Part shown: piece after piece, positions 40,834 to 53,299 of the stretch
Layout of the letters: the number at the start of each line of letters is the position of its first letter
How positions within the stretch are numbered: position 1 is the first letter of the stretch
From: Mobula hypostoma
Taxonomy: Eukaryota
Reading direction: 5' to 3'
Assembly: GCF_963921235.1 (NCBI RefSeq)
Contig: NC_086097.1
Location: 36,520,001-36,584,000 of the forward strand
DNA: 64,000 nucleotides
Program-made: the position numbers and the translations under genes
Notes under the pieces: generated by a model
What the model was told of the DNA's origin: nothing
Database searches by the model: none
Seen by the model: the letters and a program-made list of their open reading frames with translations, nothing else

Positions 40834-42654
40834 TTAGGGAGCAGTGGTTTTCGAGAGATATTGAGGCCCTTGTTAAGAAAGAGAAGGTGGTGCGTATCAT
40901 GTATAGACAGGGAGGAACAATTGAGGTATTTGAGGAGTACAAGAAATGCAAGAGAACAATTAAGAAGGAAATCAGGAGGGCTAAAAGAAGGCAATGAGGT
41001 TGCTCTAGCAGACAAGGTGAAGAAGAATCCAAAGGGCTTCCACAGATATATTAAGAACAAAGGGATAACACAGGACAAAATTGGTCCTCTGCAAAATTAG
41101 AGTTGTGATCTATGCATGGAGCTCAAAGAGATGGGGGAGATCTGAAATGGATGCTTTGTATCTGTATTTACTCAGAAGGCATACAGAGTCTACGGAAGTC
41201 TAGGTAAAGCAGCAACGAAGTCATGGACTCTATACAGATTATAGAGGAGGAGATGTTTTGCTGTTCTGAGGCAAATTAAGGTGGGTAAATCCCCGGGGTC
41301 AGACAAGATATTTCCTTGGACCCTGTGGGAGGTTACTGCAGAAATTACAGAGCCCTAGCAGAGATACTTAAAACATTCTTAGCCAGAGGAGAGGTGCCAG
41401 GGGATTAGAGGATAGCTAATGTTCCAGTGTTTAAGAAAGGCTCTGAGAATAAGCCAGGAAATTATGGGCCAGTGATCTTGACATCAGTAGTGGGAAAGTT
41501 ATTGGAAGGTATTCTAAAGGACTGGATATATAAGTATTTGGAAAGACAGGGACTGGTTAGGAATAGTCCATATGGCTTTGTGCATGGTAGGTTGTGTCTA
41601 ACCATTCTTATAGAGCTTTTTGATGAAGATACCAGGAACGCTGATGAAGGCAAGGCAGTGGATATTGTGTACTTAGACTTCAGAAAGGCCTTTGACAAGG
41701 TCCCACATGGGAGTTTGGTCAAGAAGGCTTAGGCGCCTCACATTCAAGATGAGGTAGCTAATTGGATTAGACATTGATTTCACGGAAGAAGCCAGAGAGT
41801 GGCAGTAGGTGGTTGCTTCTCTAACTGGACACCTGTGATCAGTAGTGTGCCGCAGTTTTTCGATGCAGGGTGCGTTGTTGCTCATCACCTAGATCAATGA
41901 TCTGGATGGTAATGTGGTAGACTGGATCAGCAAATTTGTGGATGACACCAAGGTTGGGTGTGTAGGAGAAAGCAAGGAAGACTATAAAAGATTGTAGCGG
42001 GATCTGAATCAGCTGGAAAAATGGCAGATGGAATTTAATGCAGACAAGTGTGAGGTGTTGCACATTGGGGGAGCCATCCAGGATAGGTCTTACATGGTGG
42101 GCAGAAGGGCACTGTGATAGAATAGAGGGGAGGGAAATGGGAATACAGATCTGTAATCCCTGGAAAGTTGCATCACAGTTAGATAGGGTTGCAAAGAAAA
42201 CTTCTGGCACATTGACCTTCATAAATCAATGTATTGAGTACAGGAGTTGGGATGTTATGCTGAAATTGTATAAGATGTTTGTGAGGCCTAATTTGGAGCA
42301 GTGTGTGCAGTTTCTCTACTGAGGTTGGGAGAGACTACAATAGGAGGTTATGGGGTGAGGGTGAAAGGTGAAATGTTTAAGAGGAACACGAGGGGAAACT
42401 TCTCCTCTCAGGGGGTTGTGAGAGTGTGGATCGAGCTGCCAGTGGAAGTGGTGGAAGCAGGTTCTATTCCAACATTTAAGAGAAATGTGGATAGGTTAAT
42501 GAATGGGAGGGGTATGGGGGGGCTATGATCAGGGTGCAGGTCAACAGGACTAGTCAGATTAATGGTTCAGCTCTGACTAGATGGGCCAAAGGACCTGTTT
42601 CTCTGCTGTAGTTTTCCATGATTCTGTGACTCAAAGACTTATCCTATATACACT

Positions 42655-43039
42655 GTCACCATCTTCTCCATCATCATGATGTGCTATGTAGTATGTTGTG
42701 GACCATCATGGTCTATGTGACTATGATTATTCTTGGCAAATTTTCCAACAGAAGTAGTTTGCCATTGCCTTCTTCTGGGCAATGTCTTTACAATACGTGT
42801 GAGCCCAGCCATTATCAATACTCTTCAGAGATTGTATGCCAGGCATCAGTGGGCACATGACAAGACTCGTGATATGCAGCGGCTGCTCATGCAACCATCC
42901 ACTACCTGCTCCCATGGTTTCACGTGTCCCTGATCGGGGGGGGGCTAAGCAAGTGCTACACTTTGCCCAAGGGTGACCTGCAGGCTAGCAGAGGGAAGGA
43001 ATGCCTTACACCACCTTTGCTAGAGACCTGTCTCCACCC
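42655..43039 (-). mobile_element. Non-autonomous retroposon with RTE-type tail
   Basis: On the minus strand it starts GGGTGGAGAC, contains GAAGGCAATGGCAAACTACT and ends in GAT-rich repeats. Confidence 0.7.
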
Positions 43040-45559
43040 AAACATCTATATTTCTTATTATAATTTATAGGGCATTTCTGTATTGCACTGTACTGGTGCT
43101 GCACAACAACAAATTTCATGACCTACTGCAGGCTAGTGATAATAAACCAGATTCTGATTCTGACTCTGAGTTAATATTCAACAGCAGGTACTTTCCACAT
43201 TTGCCGTGATCAGCTACACGCTTCACATGGCTGCTGTGTTTCTTCAGTTTCTCCTACAGAGCCTGGACTTGGAATTTTTATGAATAGCTTCTTTGCATTA
43301 CCAGTATGTTGGAAATTTGGCTGCAGAACACATAATTACAGTCGAAACTCGTGATTGCAAGCTCTTGGAAACCAGCTACCCTGCGTTCCTGCCAGTCTTG
43401 GCTGGAAGATTGAAATGACAGCAGCTTTCCTGTAAAGACTACAAGTCTGACTTTATTCCTGAGTGAATCCATTTAAAGGGGCATTCATGAACCAGATGGT
43501 ATTTATTTTTGAAATAAAGGAAACAAGATCCATTTATACTGCGGTTTTCTTTTCCTCAAGATGTCGGGAAACAAGTTACAGCCAACCGGCATACTTACTA
43601 TTGTGATGTAGACACACACGACAGTTTGCAGATTGAAAGACTGAAAGATCTTTCAGTCTACAAAGTTAACTGAAAGATTATAAGCCTAAGAATTGTGGCA
43701 CAAAGTTTATGTGCTCTACATGACACAATTTCTCTAAAAATAACTTTCAAGAACTTAATTTGAGTTTAAAGGAACCTCTAATTTTCCGACCAGCTCCTCT
43801 TCATACGACTTACATGTGTTATGTGAGCAATGCATACTATTCATGTGAGCAGCTCTTCACAATGTTTAAGAGGCGAACTGTGAAGTTAGGCAATGCGAAC
43901 TGGCTTCAGGCAGGTCCCCTTTAAGTAAAATACTTGCCTATTGCAGTATATCCCCCTCAGGGGCCCTCCAGTCCCAAGCACCATCTTACGTCAGTCCACG
44001 AGGAAAATTGTTTGCATAGCTGAAGGGTCAATAACTTGAATCAACAGATTTCAGGAGATTGGTAAAAGAAGTTGAGCAATATGAGACAAACTGTATTCAT
44101 TAATTCTTCAGGATTTGGAATGCCCTGCCTGACAGAATGGTGGACACTTTCAACAGCAGCCTGTGAAAGGAAACTTGATAAATGCTTTAAGAAAAATAAC
44201 AATTTACCATAAAATGGTTATGGGAAAGAAACTAGGATCTGGGACCAACAGAATTGCTCTTGAAATGTATTATGGGCTGAACAACTTTATTTTGGGCTGC
44301 ACAGTTAAAAAGGGCAATAAGGGCAAGGAGGGAGATATATTACAGCGCAACCTTCATGCATCTGAAGCAAACTTAGATATTGTGGTGATAAAAGAGGTTT
44401 TACCCTCAGAGAGGATTCTGCTGTAAAGGTGCTGTGATTGGGTATAGTACAGTACAGTGAGGAGGAATCACGCCACTCTTGACCAAGTGGAGTTCTGCCA
44501 ATCTGAAGTGCTAAATTTCCAATCAAAGTGTTACAGGATCAGATGTTGAAATGGTCTGTGATTCCTGGCGAGGTTACCAGCTTGTTGCCACATCAAAGGA
44601 ATCCTAAAATGTAGATTACTACACATTGTAAGCAAGCACGCTGTGCTCTACTTGAATCACATTTGACAGAGTTAAACCTTAATCACTCTGTAGAGATCAT
44701 TGGTTTCTGTAAAAAATTCAGCAATTCGGGATTTATCCAACGCTCTCAATTAATTTATTAAATCTCCCTTACTATAGAATGCTAGATGTTGCGTTCAGGG
44801 CAGAATTATTTAAAACCTAGAGCTGTGCAAGTTTTCCATTTTCCCACTTATCTGTCAAAATTGAATAGCAGGAAAAGACAGACTTCTACATATTTGAGGA
44901 AGAATGAGTGCATTTTAAAAAACAATTTCTGTTGCTAAACACAATTTCATCCTGCCGAAAGGTCTCTACCTGAAACACTGACTTTTTTCCATAGATGCTG
45001 CCTGGCCTGCTGATTTCCTCCAGCATTTTGTGTGTCTGCTGCTAAAGCATTGCTGGAGCTGCTTGGAAATTGAATCATTTCTCTCGCAGTATGTCAGGAG
45101 AATCACTCTAAAAATGAATTCGTTTACCAAGCGCAAATGGGTGAAGCAAGTGGAAGCTCAGACTGAAATTTCAACTAAAATTATGCACCAATTTGACAAC
45201 GTGCTACAAATTCACGGTATTTTGTCTCCCTCCATCCAGAGATCTTCCTATCTGCTCCTACTGCAGGCCCCTCTGGTTCTGTTGGCACCAATTCCCATTG
45301 ACAGCATTAAGCACAAGGAAGTTCAGGTAACTTATCTGTCTGCGGACCTGACCCCTTTAGAAGTGGATTGTTACTACTGAATTCTACCACAACCTGAAGT
45401 CATTGTGCAATTTGAGGAGTACTTCAGGTCTCAACCACACAAACTCTGGTGCAAGAGGGAGAAAGCCAGGAAGAAGTCCTTAAGGCCAGGGGCCAAGGAA
45501 ATTCCCAAATGGAGAAGTGAATAGCCAGTGGGGGAAGGGATAAATACACACACTGGTAG

Positions 45560-45790
45560 GCAACCACCACCTTTTTTCCCCAGGGAAGCTATGGCTAATA
45601 AAAGAGACATAATTTTAAGGTGATTGGAGGAAAGTAATGCAGAGGGATAGGTTTTTGACAGAGGGAGTGGTGAGTGCTGCCAGAGATGGTGGTAGAGGCA
45701 GATACAATAGGGACATTTAAGAGACACTTCGTTAGGCACATGGTGGAAAGAAAAATGGAGGGCTTGAGATACAAGGATTTACTGCTATTA
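45560..45790 (+). mobile_element. CR1 3' fragment
   Basis: CTGCCAGAGATGGTGGTAGAGGCAGATACAATAGGGACATTTAAGAGAC. Confidence 0.7.
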
Positions 45791-46200
45791 TAGGGACACA
45801 GTGTAAGTGGGAGCCCACAGGGAGGTTTGGTATATTCCATATGATGGTTATATGGCCTACCTGCCAATTTGCATGTGTCAAAGTCTGCAAGCATCAGTCC
45901 ACTGCCTCTCTAGGTGGCAATGGTCACTGTAGTGGGTAGGAAGTTTTCACAAGTTAATACTATCCAGTTGTGACATGGCCACATGCTGCAGGCATCACAG
46001 CAATATTGGACCATGGTGTGCCTTAAGGATTTGACAGGGTAGTGGGATACTTTGTGTTGATCTGGGTTGAGATGGTGCCTCTTCAAGGATGTAATCTCAC
46101 CTCACTTGAATAAACACCATCTTTGAAATCCCACATAAATCTGTTGGTTGCTGGCGATGTTTTGTATGTATTAGCTGCTGCCTGGAATAATTTAGCTAAT

Positions 46201-46420
46201 AGATCAGAATCAGAATCAGAATCAGAATCAGGTTTATTATCACCGACATGTGACGTGAAATTTGTTAACTTAGCAGCAGCAGTTCAATGCAATACATAAT
46301 CTACCAGAGAGAGAAGATGGAGCTGACTAGATTTACAACCTACTGCAGCTTCTTTCGGTCCTGTGCAGTAGCCCCTCCACACCAGACAGTGATGCAGCCT
46401 GTCAGAATGCTCTCCACGGT
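46201..46420 (-). mobile_element. Rex1/Babar-type 3' end with (TTCTGA)n tail
   Basis: (TCAGAA)n on the plus strand, then GGTTTATTATCACC. Same family end as 57652-57722. Confidence 0.75.
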
Positions 46421-46589
46421 ACTTTCATCCCCAAAGAGAGGATCATGCAGGCCTGAATGCAAGTGCAGGAGGGGTCACTGGATGCATTTCACCTTGGACG
46501 ACTGGAGGTGGGAAGTTAGCTTCCAGACCAGTTAAGATATAACCAGAACCTTTTTTTACCTCTACCTGAAATTTCCTCTAGCAAGTTCC

Positions 46590-46945
46590 TCTTGATCTTA
46601 TGGAGGTGTGTAAAATCGCAAAGGGTTCAGATAGGGCGAAGAACTAGTGAATCAAGCATTAGAGGGCATAAGCTTAAGGTGAGAGGGGAAAGATTTAAAA
46701 GGAAATTGAGGGGCAACTATTTTACACAAACAGTGGTATATATGTGGAATGAGCTGCCTGAGGAAATGGTTAAGATAGGTACAATAACAACTTTTAAAAG
46801 AGAGTTGTATAGGTACTCAGATAGGAAAAGTTTAGAAGGGCATGAGCCAAATGCTGGCAAATGGAACTAGCCTGGATGGGGCACCCTAGTTGGGAAGGAC
46901 CAGTAGGGCCAAGGAGCCTTCTTTCCACACTCTATAACTCTATGA
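46590..46945 (+). mobile_element. CR1 3' fragment
   Basis: Translates RGHKLKVRGERFKRKLRGNYFTQTVVYMWNELPEE. Confidence 0.85.
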
Positions 46946-48611
46946 ACTTTATGAAGTTGTCCTTGCCTTCAGCTGTTCCTGTTCACATTGGTGGCTCAGT
47001 GGAAAGCAGGAACTTGAATCACGGACTCAACATGTAATTTCCATCAGTGGGCTTTTCCCTGGGAAGTGAGTAACCATGACGCCAAAATCTGGAAAAATCT
47101 GACAGCCCCTTTCAGGTGTCAACGTGGCACATGGCTCTGCTGCTTGGATCTACTCTTCTAGAATGTGTACCTGTTATTCAGCTTTATGGGACCTACTAAT
47201 TGGAGATTGACACAATCTGTACACTCTGAGCAGTGAGGTACATCATCTTCATGGGACATTATGTGCTCTGAGTGCTTTAAGGTACAGGTCACACTTCAAA
47301 ATCAATATTCTACTCAAAATCAATTCAAATAAACACTTTAAAACATGCCTTATGTGATTGAGTTACTAGGCTGCCATCCTTTCAAAACATTTGGCTTGAG
47401 ATTAATACTGAGTAAGCCATTATCCCATGATCATTGCTATGGTTGAAAATGCTTACTCCACAAAGTGTTATGTTTGGATGAACAAGAACAATAAATTCTG
47501 CAAACTTTGAAATGTTCTTATTAAAAAATTCTATTTAATGCTTCACTGGAATCTTTGGGAAAATTTTGAATAGAACTAAATATCAACTATGAACGAAGCA
47601 ACCAGATGTATTGAATATAATGGTTCCAGCATTACTTTGGACATTCAAGGGTGTGGCTGAATGAATACAATGACTAGACTGAGACAATTTAGATTCAATT
47701 TATGCTCTACTAACCTTTCGGCATATGAGCCAATTTGGATAATGCTTTTCTGAGGAGCCTAAAAGCTGGGACTTTCTGTAACCTTGATGGACTTTTCCTC
47801 TATTTAGACTTCTATTATGCCTCATTGTGAGGAATTCAAGGAAAAACAACTTTGTGGTGTGAAGGAGATGAGGTACTTTTGGATAGATTGGATATGGATG
47901 ATGAAGTTGAGCAAGGACCTACTCATCGCAATGTCACTGGTTTAGGAACTGTCCACTTGCTTTAACCCATGGACTCGTTGACAAAGCCTCCTCATTCCCA
48001 AAAGAAGAAAAAAAGTTTCTTTGATTGAACTGTAGGTAACAGTTAATAATGGACGTGTTCAAACTTTGGATAAGGATGATGAAGGTGTGCAACTCCCCGA
48101 GATTTAAGAGCATCATGCCAACCACTACTGTGTCATAGCGCCCTTTCAGCTGAGTCCCTCCTTCAGTTGAGACACTTTTCTTTGTGATGGGTATAGCTTT
48201 ATCTATTGAGACCACTGACCATTGTTGGTGATTTGATAGCTTCCTCCTTAACTGTCATATCGGAGCATTTATTTTAGATGACAGCAGCTGCAAGGCCTGA
48301 CACATGACAGAGTGACCTAATTCCCCCTGCGGTCAGTCATCCAAGCTGCTTCTGATACAGTACTCCAGCCTGCTCTGGCTTGGATCAAATGGGCTTAACT
48401 ATGCATTCTGTAACTTACAAATCACATTATTACCATGTCAACCTTCACACTGCAAAGAAGATTACTGCTACCTAAGAGCTGTCCAACTTCACCAAGGGTA
48501 AGCTTGTGACCAGAGAATTCAAATTTCTAAAATAAAAACACCAAATTTAGAGACACTGATTTCATTTGCTTCAATAAGATATACTCAGTTGTTTCAACAA
48601 AAGTGTAATAG

Positions 48612-49450
48612 GACCATAAGACCATAGGATGCAGGAGCAGAATTAGGCCAATTGGCCTATTAAGTCTGCTCTGCCATTACATCATGGCTGATTCATTTTC
48701 CCTCTCAGACCCATTCTCCTGTCTTCTCCCCATATCCTCTCATGCCCTGACTAATCAAGAATCTATCAACCTCAACCTTAAATATACTCAATGACTTGGC
48801 CTTCACAGCCGCCTGTGGCAACGAATTCCACTGAATCATCACTCTCTGGCTGAAGAAATTCTTCCTCATTTCTATTCTAAAAGGACATCCTTCAATTCTG
48901 AGGCTATGTCCTCTGGTCTTAGACTCCCCATCATAGGAAACATCCTCTCCACATCACTCTATCAAGTAGTCCTGATGAAGGGTCTTGGCCCCAGACATCA
49001 ACTGTTTACTCTTTTCCACAGATGCTGCCTGATCTGCTGAATTCCTCCAGCATTTTGTGTGTATTGCTTGGATTTCCAGCATCTGTAGATTTTCGCTTGT
49101 TTGACTTTCAATATTAGAATTGAATTGAATTGATTTTATTACTTACATCCTTCATATACATGAGGAGTAAAAGTCTTTACCATATAACCATATTACGTTA
49201 CTTCTCCATCTAAATGTGCAATTTATAATAAATAGTATGTAAAACAGAATAGTCAATATAACATAGAAGTACAATTGTATCAGCATGAATTAATCAGTCC
49301 GATGGCCTGGTGGAAGAAGTTGTCCCGGAGTCTGTTGATCCTGGCTTTTATGCTGCAGTACCGTTTCCCGGCTGGTAGCAGCTGGAACAGTTTGATGTTG
49401 GTATTCAATAGGTTTCAATGAGGTCACCCCTCATTCTTCTGAATTCCACT
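48612..49450 (-). mobile_element. CR1 3' fragment interrupted by a Penelope tail (about 48966-49102, plus) and a Rex1-type 3' end (about 49116-49401, minus)
   Basis: Same CR1 3' end as 58690-59100. Inserts recognised by CCTGATGAAGGG and a (GAATT)n tail. Confidence 0.75.
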
Positions 49451-50344
49451 AATAAAGGGTACTTATATTTTATATTTTCTTAGATTGCAGAAAGAAGCCC
49501 TTCAGCCCATTGAGTCTATGCCATCTCTCAGAATGTTCCCATCAATAGCATTCTTATACTTCCCAATAATATATTCTCAGATGTTCATCAACTCTTCTGT
49601 CACCCAACTGACACTGGGGTAATTTGCAGAACTTAACCAAGCTACTGACCAGCGCATCTTTGGTATGTGGAAGCAAACAAGATTTGGGATGAGGAAGCTA
49701 ACAGGAGCATGTAGGGAAATCCATATGATCACAGAAGGAACGCTCAAACTCCATACAGTCTCACCAAGCACTTGTGTCTCCACTTTATTGCTCCTTTGTG
49801 AAAACCTCTTCAAAGTATGCCCATTTTCCTCAGCTCTTTGACAGGAGTTTTGCGAATACCTCCCTCTCTGTTGTTCCAATGCTCTCCTATTCTTTGCCAT
49901 TTATCATCTTCCTTACTTACCAGATTGCAGATTCTACCCCCACTGTTATCTCCATTTATCATCTCTCAGCCTTTGTCTTTGCCTCTCCCTATCTGACTCC
50001 ATCTGCCTATTACCCCATTCCTCACCTGGTCCCATCTATTATTTGTCAGCTCCTGCCCCCTGCTCCCTCTCACCTCTTTGTACTATCTCCCTCTACACTC
50101 TCAATCCTGCTGCAGGATCTCGACCTGACACCTCAGCCACCCTTTTATCTCCACAGATGTTGCTTGACTTGCTGAGTTCCTCTAGCAGTTTGCTTTCTGC
50201 TCCAGATTCCTCAGTCTGCAGTTGTCTGCCAACATCGTATCTGATTGTTGGAACTGTGCAGTAGTAGCACTAACTGCTGTTCCACTACTCCTGGACAAGT
50301 GGCTTCCTCGAGAAGATCTCTGCCAGTGTCACCTAATGCACAGT

Positions 50345-51010
50345 AATAATGAAAGAGCTGGTCGTTGACCCTAGGAAGGGCAGTAACTCATGTACTCTTG
50401 TTTACCTCAAACGTGCTGAAGTAGAAGGGCTTCAGGTTTCTAGCAGTGAACATTACCAATACCTCGTCTTGGTCCAACCACGTGGAAACCTTGGCCAACG
50501 TGTAGAATGCCTCTTTCTCGGGAAGTTCGATACATTTGGCATGTCCCCATCAAACCTTACCAAGTTAGTTTATGCGCCATGGAGAGCAACCTATCTGGGT
50601 GCATGGCATGACAACTTCGCCCCAGACTGCAAGAAACTGCTGAGAGCTGTGGACACAGCTCCTCTCTACGGAACTCTGTCCAAGTAAAGCAGCCAGGATG
50701 ATCAAAGACACCATGGACCACCCAGCATGGCCATTCTCTCTTCTCCCTTCTCCCACTGAGCAGAAGATACAAAGACCTGAAGGCATGTACCACCCAATTC
50801 AAGGACAACTTCTACCCCACTGTTGTAAGGCTATTAGATGGTTCCCTGTTAAGATAAAATGGACACTTGACAACAGAGTCTATCTCATTATGATCTTGCA
50901 TCTTATTGTCTACCTGCACAGCACTTTCTCTGCAGCTGTTACAACTTATTCTGCGTTTTGCTATTATTTTACTTTGTACTACCTCAATGAATTATATAAT
51001 GAATTGATCT
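50345..51010 (+). mobile_element. Decayed Rex1/Babar-type LINE 3' fragment
   Basis: KELVVDPRK and IKDTMDHPAW..FS motifs. 3' UTR like 25150-25300. Confidence 0.72.
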
Positions 51011-51019
51011 CAAAAAGTC

Positions 51020-51350
51020 AGAGTCACAGAGTAACACAGCATGGACACAGGCTCCTCGATCCAACCAGTCCATGCCAACCACGATACTTGCCCAGCTAAT
51101 CCAAGACTCCTGTATTCAGCCCATATCTCTCTAAGTCTCACCCCTCCATATACTTATCGAAGTGCTTCTTAACTGATACTCTTGTAACTGCCTCTGGCAA
51201 GCCATTCCACATACTGACCAGCCCTCCGCATGGAAAAGTTGCCTCAGGTCACTTTCAAACCTTTCCGTCTCACCTTAAATCTATCCCCTCTAGTTTTCGT
51301 CTCCCCAACCCTGGGGAGAAGACCCCCCTCCATAACTATGCTCTCATAAT
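51020..51350 (-). mobile_element. CR1 3' end fragment
   Basis: Similar to 14050-14350. Confidence 0.65.
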
Positions 51351-51779
51351 TTCATGGTATAAAGACAAGCTGTTCTTTCTTTCTCAGACCTTGGGCCAAA
51401 AACGTGGGGAGAAATTTAGAATCGGTCAACCTTTCAACTGAATCATGATCCTTCCCAGGCAAGGAGAAGAAAGAATACTTTCAAATGGAATAATATTCAC
51501 CATCCATTTGTGACAGTTTCCAGGTCAAAGCATCTGATCTTCCATTCTTCTTCATTCAACAGAATGTCCCAGTTATTTTGCAAGCTGTGTATCTGTATGA
51601 ACAGCATTTGAGATGTGCTTTTCACTGTACCTTGGTACATGTGATAATAATAACCCAATTCCAATTCAAATTCCTTGTCTATGTCTTTACTACGCACAGC
51701 AAAGCTTCTTTCAATATTATAACAGGCAACATCTGAATAGATTTGTTAAATCAGTGCCAGGACAATCAAGTAATACAAC

Positions 51780-52400
51780 AAGACATTGGAGCAGAATGGC
51801 CACTTGCCCCGTTGAGTCTGCTCCACCATTCTATCATGGCTGATTTATTATCCCTCTCAATTCCAATCTACCGCCTTCTCCCTGTAACCTGTGGTGCCCA
51901 GATTAATCAAGAACCTATCAACCTTCGGTTTAAATATACTTAATGACCTGGTCTCCACAGCCAGCTGGGACAATGGACCCCACAGTTTCACCACCCTCTG
52001 GCTAAAAAAACACCCCCTCCTCTCTGTTCTAAATGGACATCCCTCTATTCTGAGGCTGTGCCCTCTGGTCCTGGACTCCCCCACTATAGGAAACATCCTG
52101 AACACTTCCACCCTGTCTCGGCCTTTCAATATTCAATAGATTTCAATGAAATCCTCCCTCATTCTTTTAAACTCCAGCGAATAAAGGCCCAGAACTATCA
52201 AAAACTCCTCAGATAACAATCCTTTTATTCCTGGAATCATTCTCATGAACCTCCTCTGGACCTTCTCCAATGCTAACCACATCTTAACTTAGATGAGGGG
52301 CCGAAAACTGCTCACAATAGGGTGACCAATACCTTGTAAAGCCTCAACATCACATCCTTGCTCTTATATTCTAGTCCTCTTGAAATTCAATGCTAACATT
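51780..52400 (-). mobile_element. CR1 3' fragment
   Basis: Translates MFPIVGESRTRGHSLRIEGCPFRTERRGCFFSQRVVKLW. Confidence 0.88.
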
Positions 52401-52732
52401 CTTTGATTGTCTTTGATATGTCAGAATAAAACAGCAGCTTATTATACAAAATTGGAATTGAACCAATAATCAGACAGGCCCTGACAAAGTTCAACCCAAA
52501 AGCCTCAAAGGAATATAATCTAATGTAGATTAGTATAATGTAGATTAATATAATTTAATATAGATGCAGCACAGAGCGTCATAGGAAGTCATTCCTGCCT
52601 GTGGCCATCAAACTTTACAACTCCTCCCTTGGAGGGTCAGATACCCTGAGCCAATAGGCTGGTCCTGGACTTATTTCATAATTTACTGGCATAATTTACA
52701 TATTACTATTTAACTATTTATTCCTATTTTCT

Positions 52733-52916
52733 GGCCGCTGTCACATGCAAACAGCTACGGGGAGCCACAGGTGAGAGCTGAGTGCCAGGTGGGGACCAAA
52801 GGTGGACTACCGCCTTGAAAAGTACGCGACATGTTACCCCACCAGAGGTGCTACCCCTCCCTGACACCCCATACACCCCAGGCAACGGCTTCGACAAGCC
52901 GGCTAAACCAGGTGAG
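52733..52916 (+). ncRNA. Putative HDV-like ribozyme of the element 5' end, split by the inversion in this copy
   Basis: After re-inversion: P1 GGGGTGT/ACACCCC, P2 CTCACCTG/CAGGTGAG, P3 GGC/GCC, L3 starting TCCCC, GG, P4 CGGCTT/AAGCCG, J4/2 GCTAA. Confidence 0.55.
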
Positions 52917-53299
52917 GGTAGCCGACGGGTCTCAATCCCTCGGTGAGATAGAGAGTTGTCTATCCCAGCATGTGAAGACAGACTCTGGCGGATTGAGCGG
53001 ACGAGACCAATGGAAGGTCCAACGGTCAAAAAGGCAGTCTCTGCAAGTGTCATGGAACGTGTAGAGCAGGACAAGACACAGAAGACGTCCTGGTCATCCA
53101 CTGTGCCTAGTCCCATCTCCAGCCGTCTCGACTCTGTCTTGCCACTGGATCCAGATGGGAATTGGGAAGAGAGAGTGAGGATGACGCTGCGCAACTCTCC
53201 CTCACTTAAATCCAAGTCACGCGCTAGTCTCAACACCATCAATAATGGTGTTGAGGTCTTCATCGACGTACGATGGACGAACAACAACAACAACAACAA
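52733..53299 (+). mobile_element. Non-autonomous RTE-related element with inverted 5' segment (52733-52870) and (CAA)n tail
   Basis: 9-bp TSD CTATTTTCT (52724-52732, 53300-53308). 52733-52870 is the reverse complement of the head at about 15970-16096, while 52873-53103 is colinear with 16097-16327. Confidence 0.85.

Larger units (their letters stand above)
37975..42630 (+). mobile_element. Long decayed CR1 LINE (ORF1 esterase, APE, RT, 3' UTR) with two nested insertions
   Basis: Colinear with 10235-13612, with many stops. Motifs AVMIGDLLVRG, KPGNYGPVILTS, DFRKAFDKVPH. Confidence 0.9.

Noticed and set aside
52748..52766. Alternative canonical short-L3 HDV fold (GGC TCCCCGTA GCT on the re-inverted head)
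   Set aside because: No P1' strand plus GG follows directly. The expanded-L3 model accounts for P1, P4, J4/2 and P2 together.
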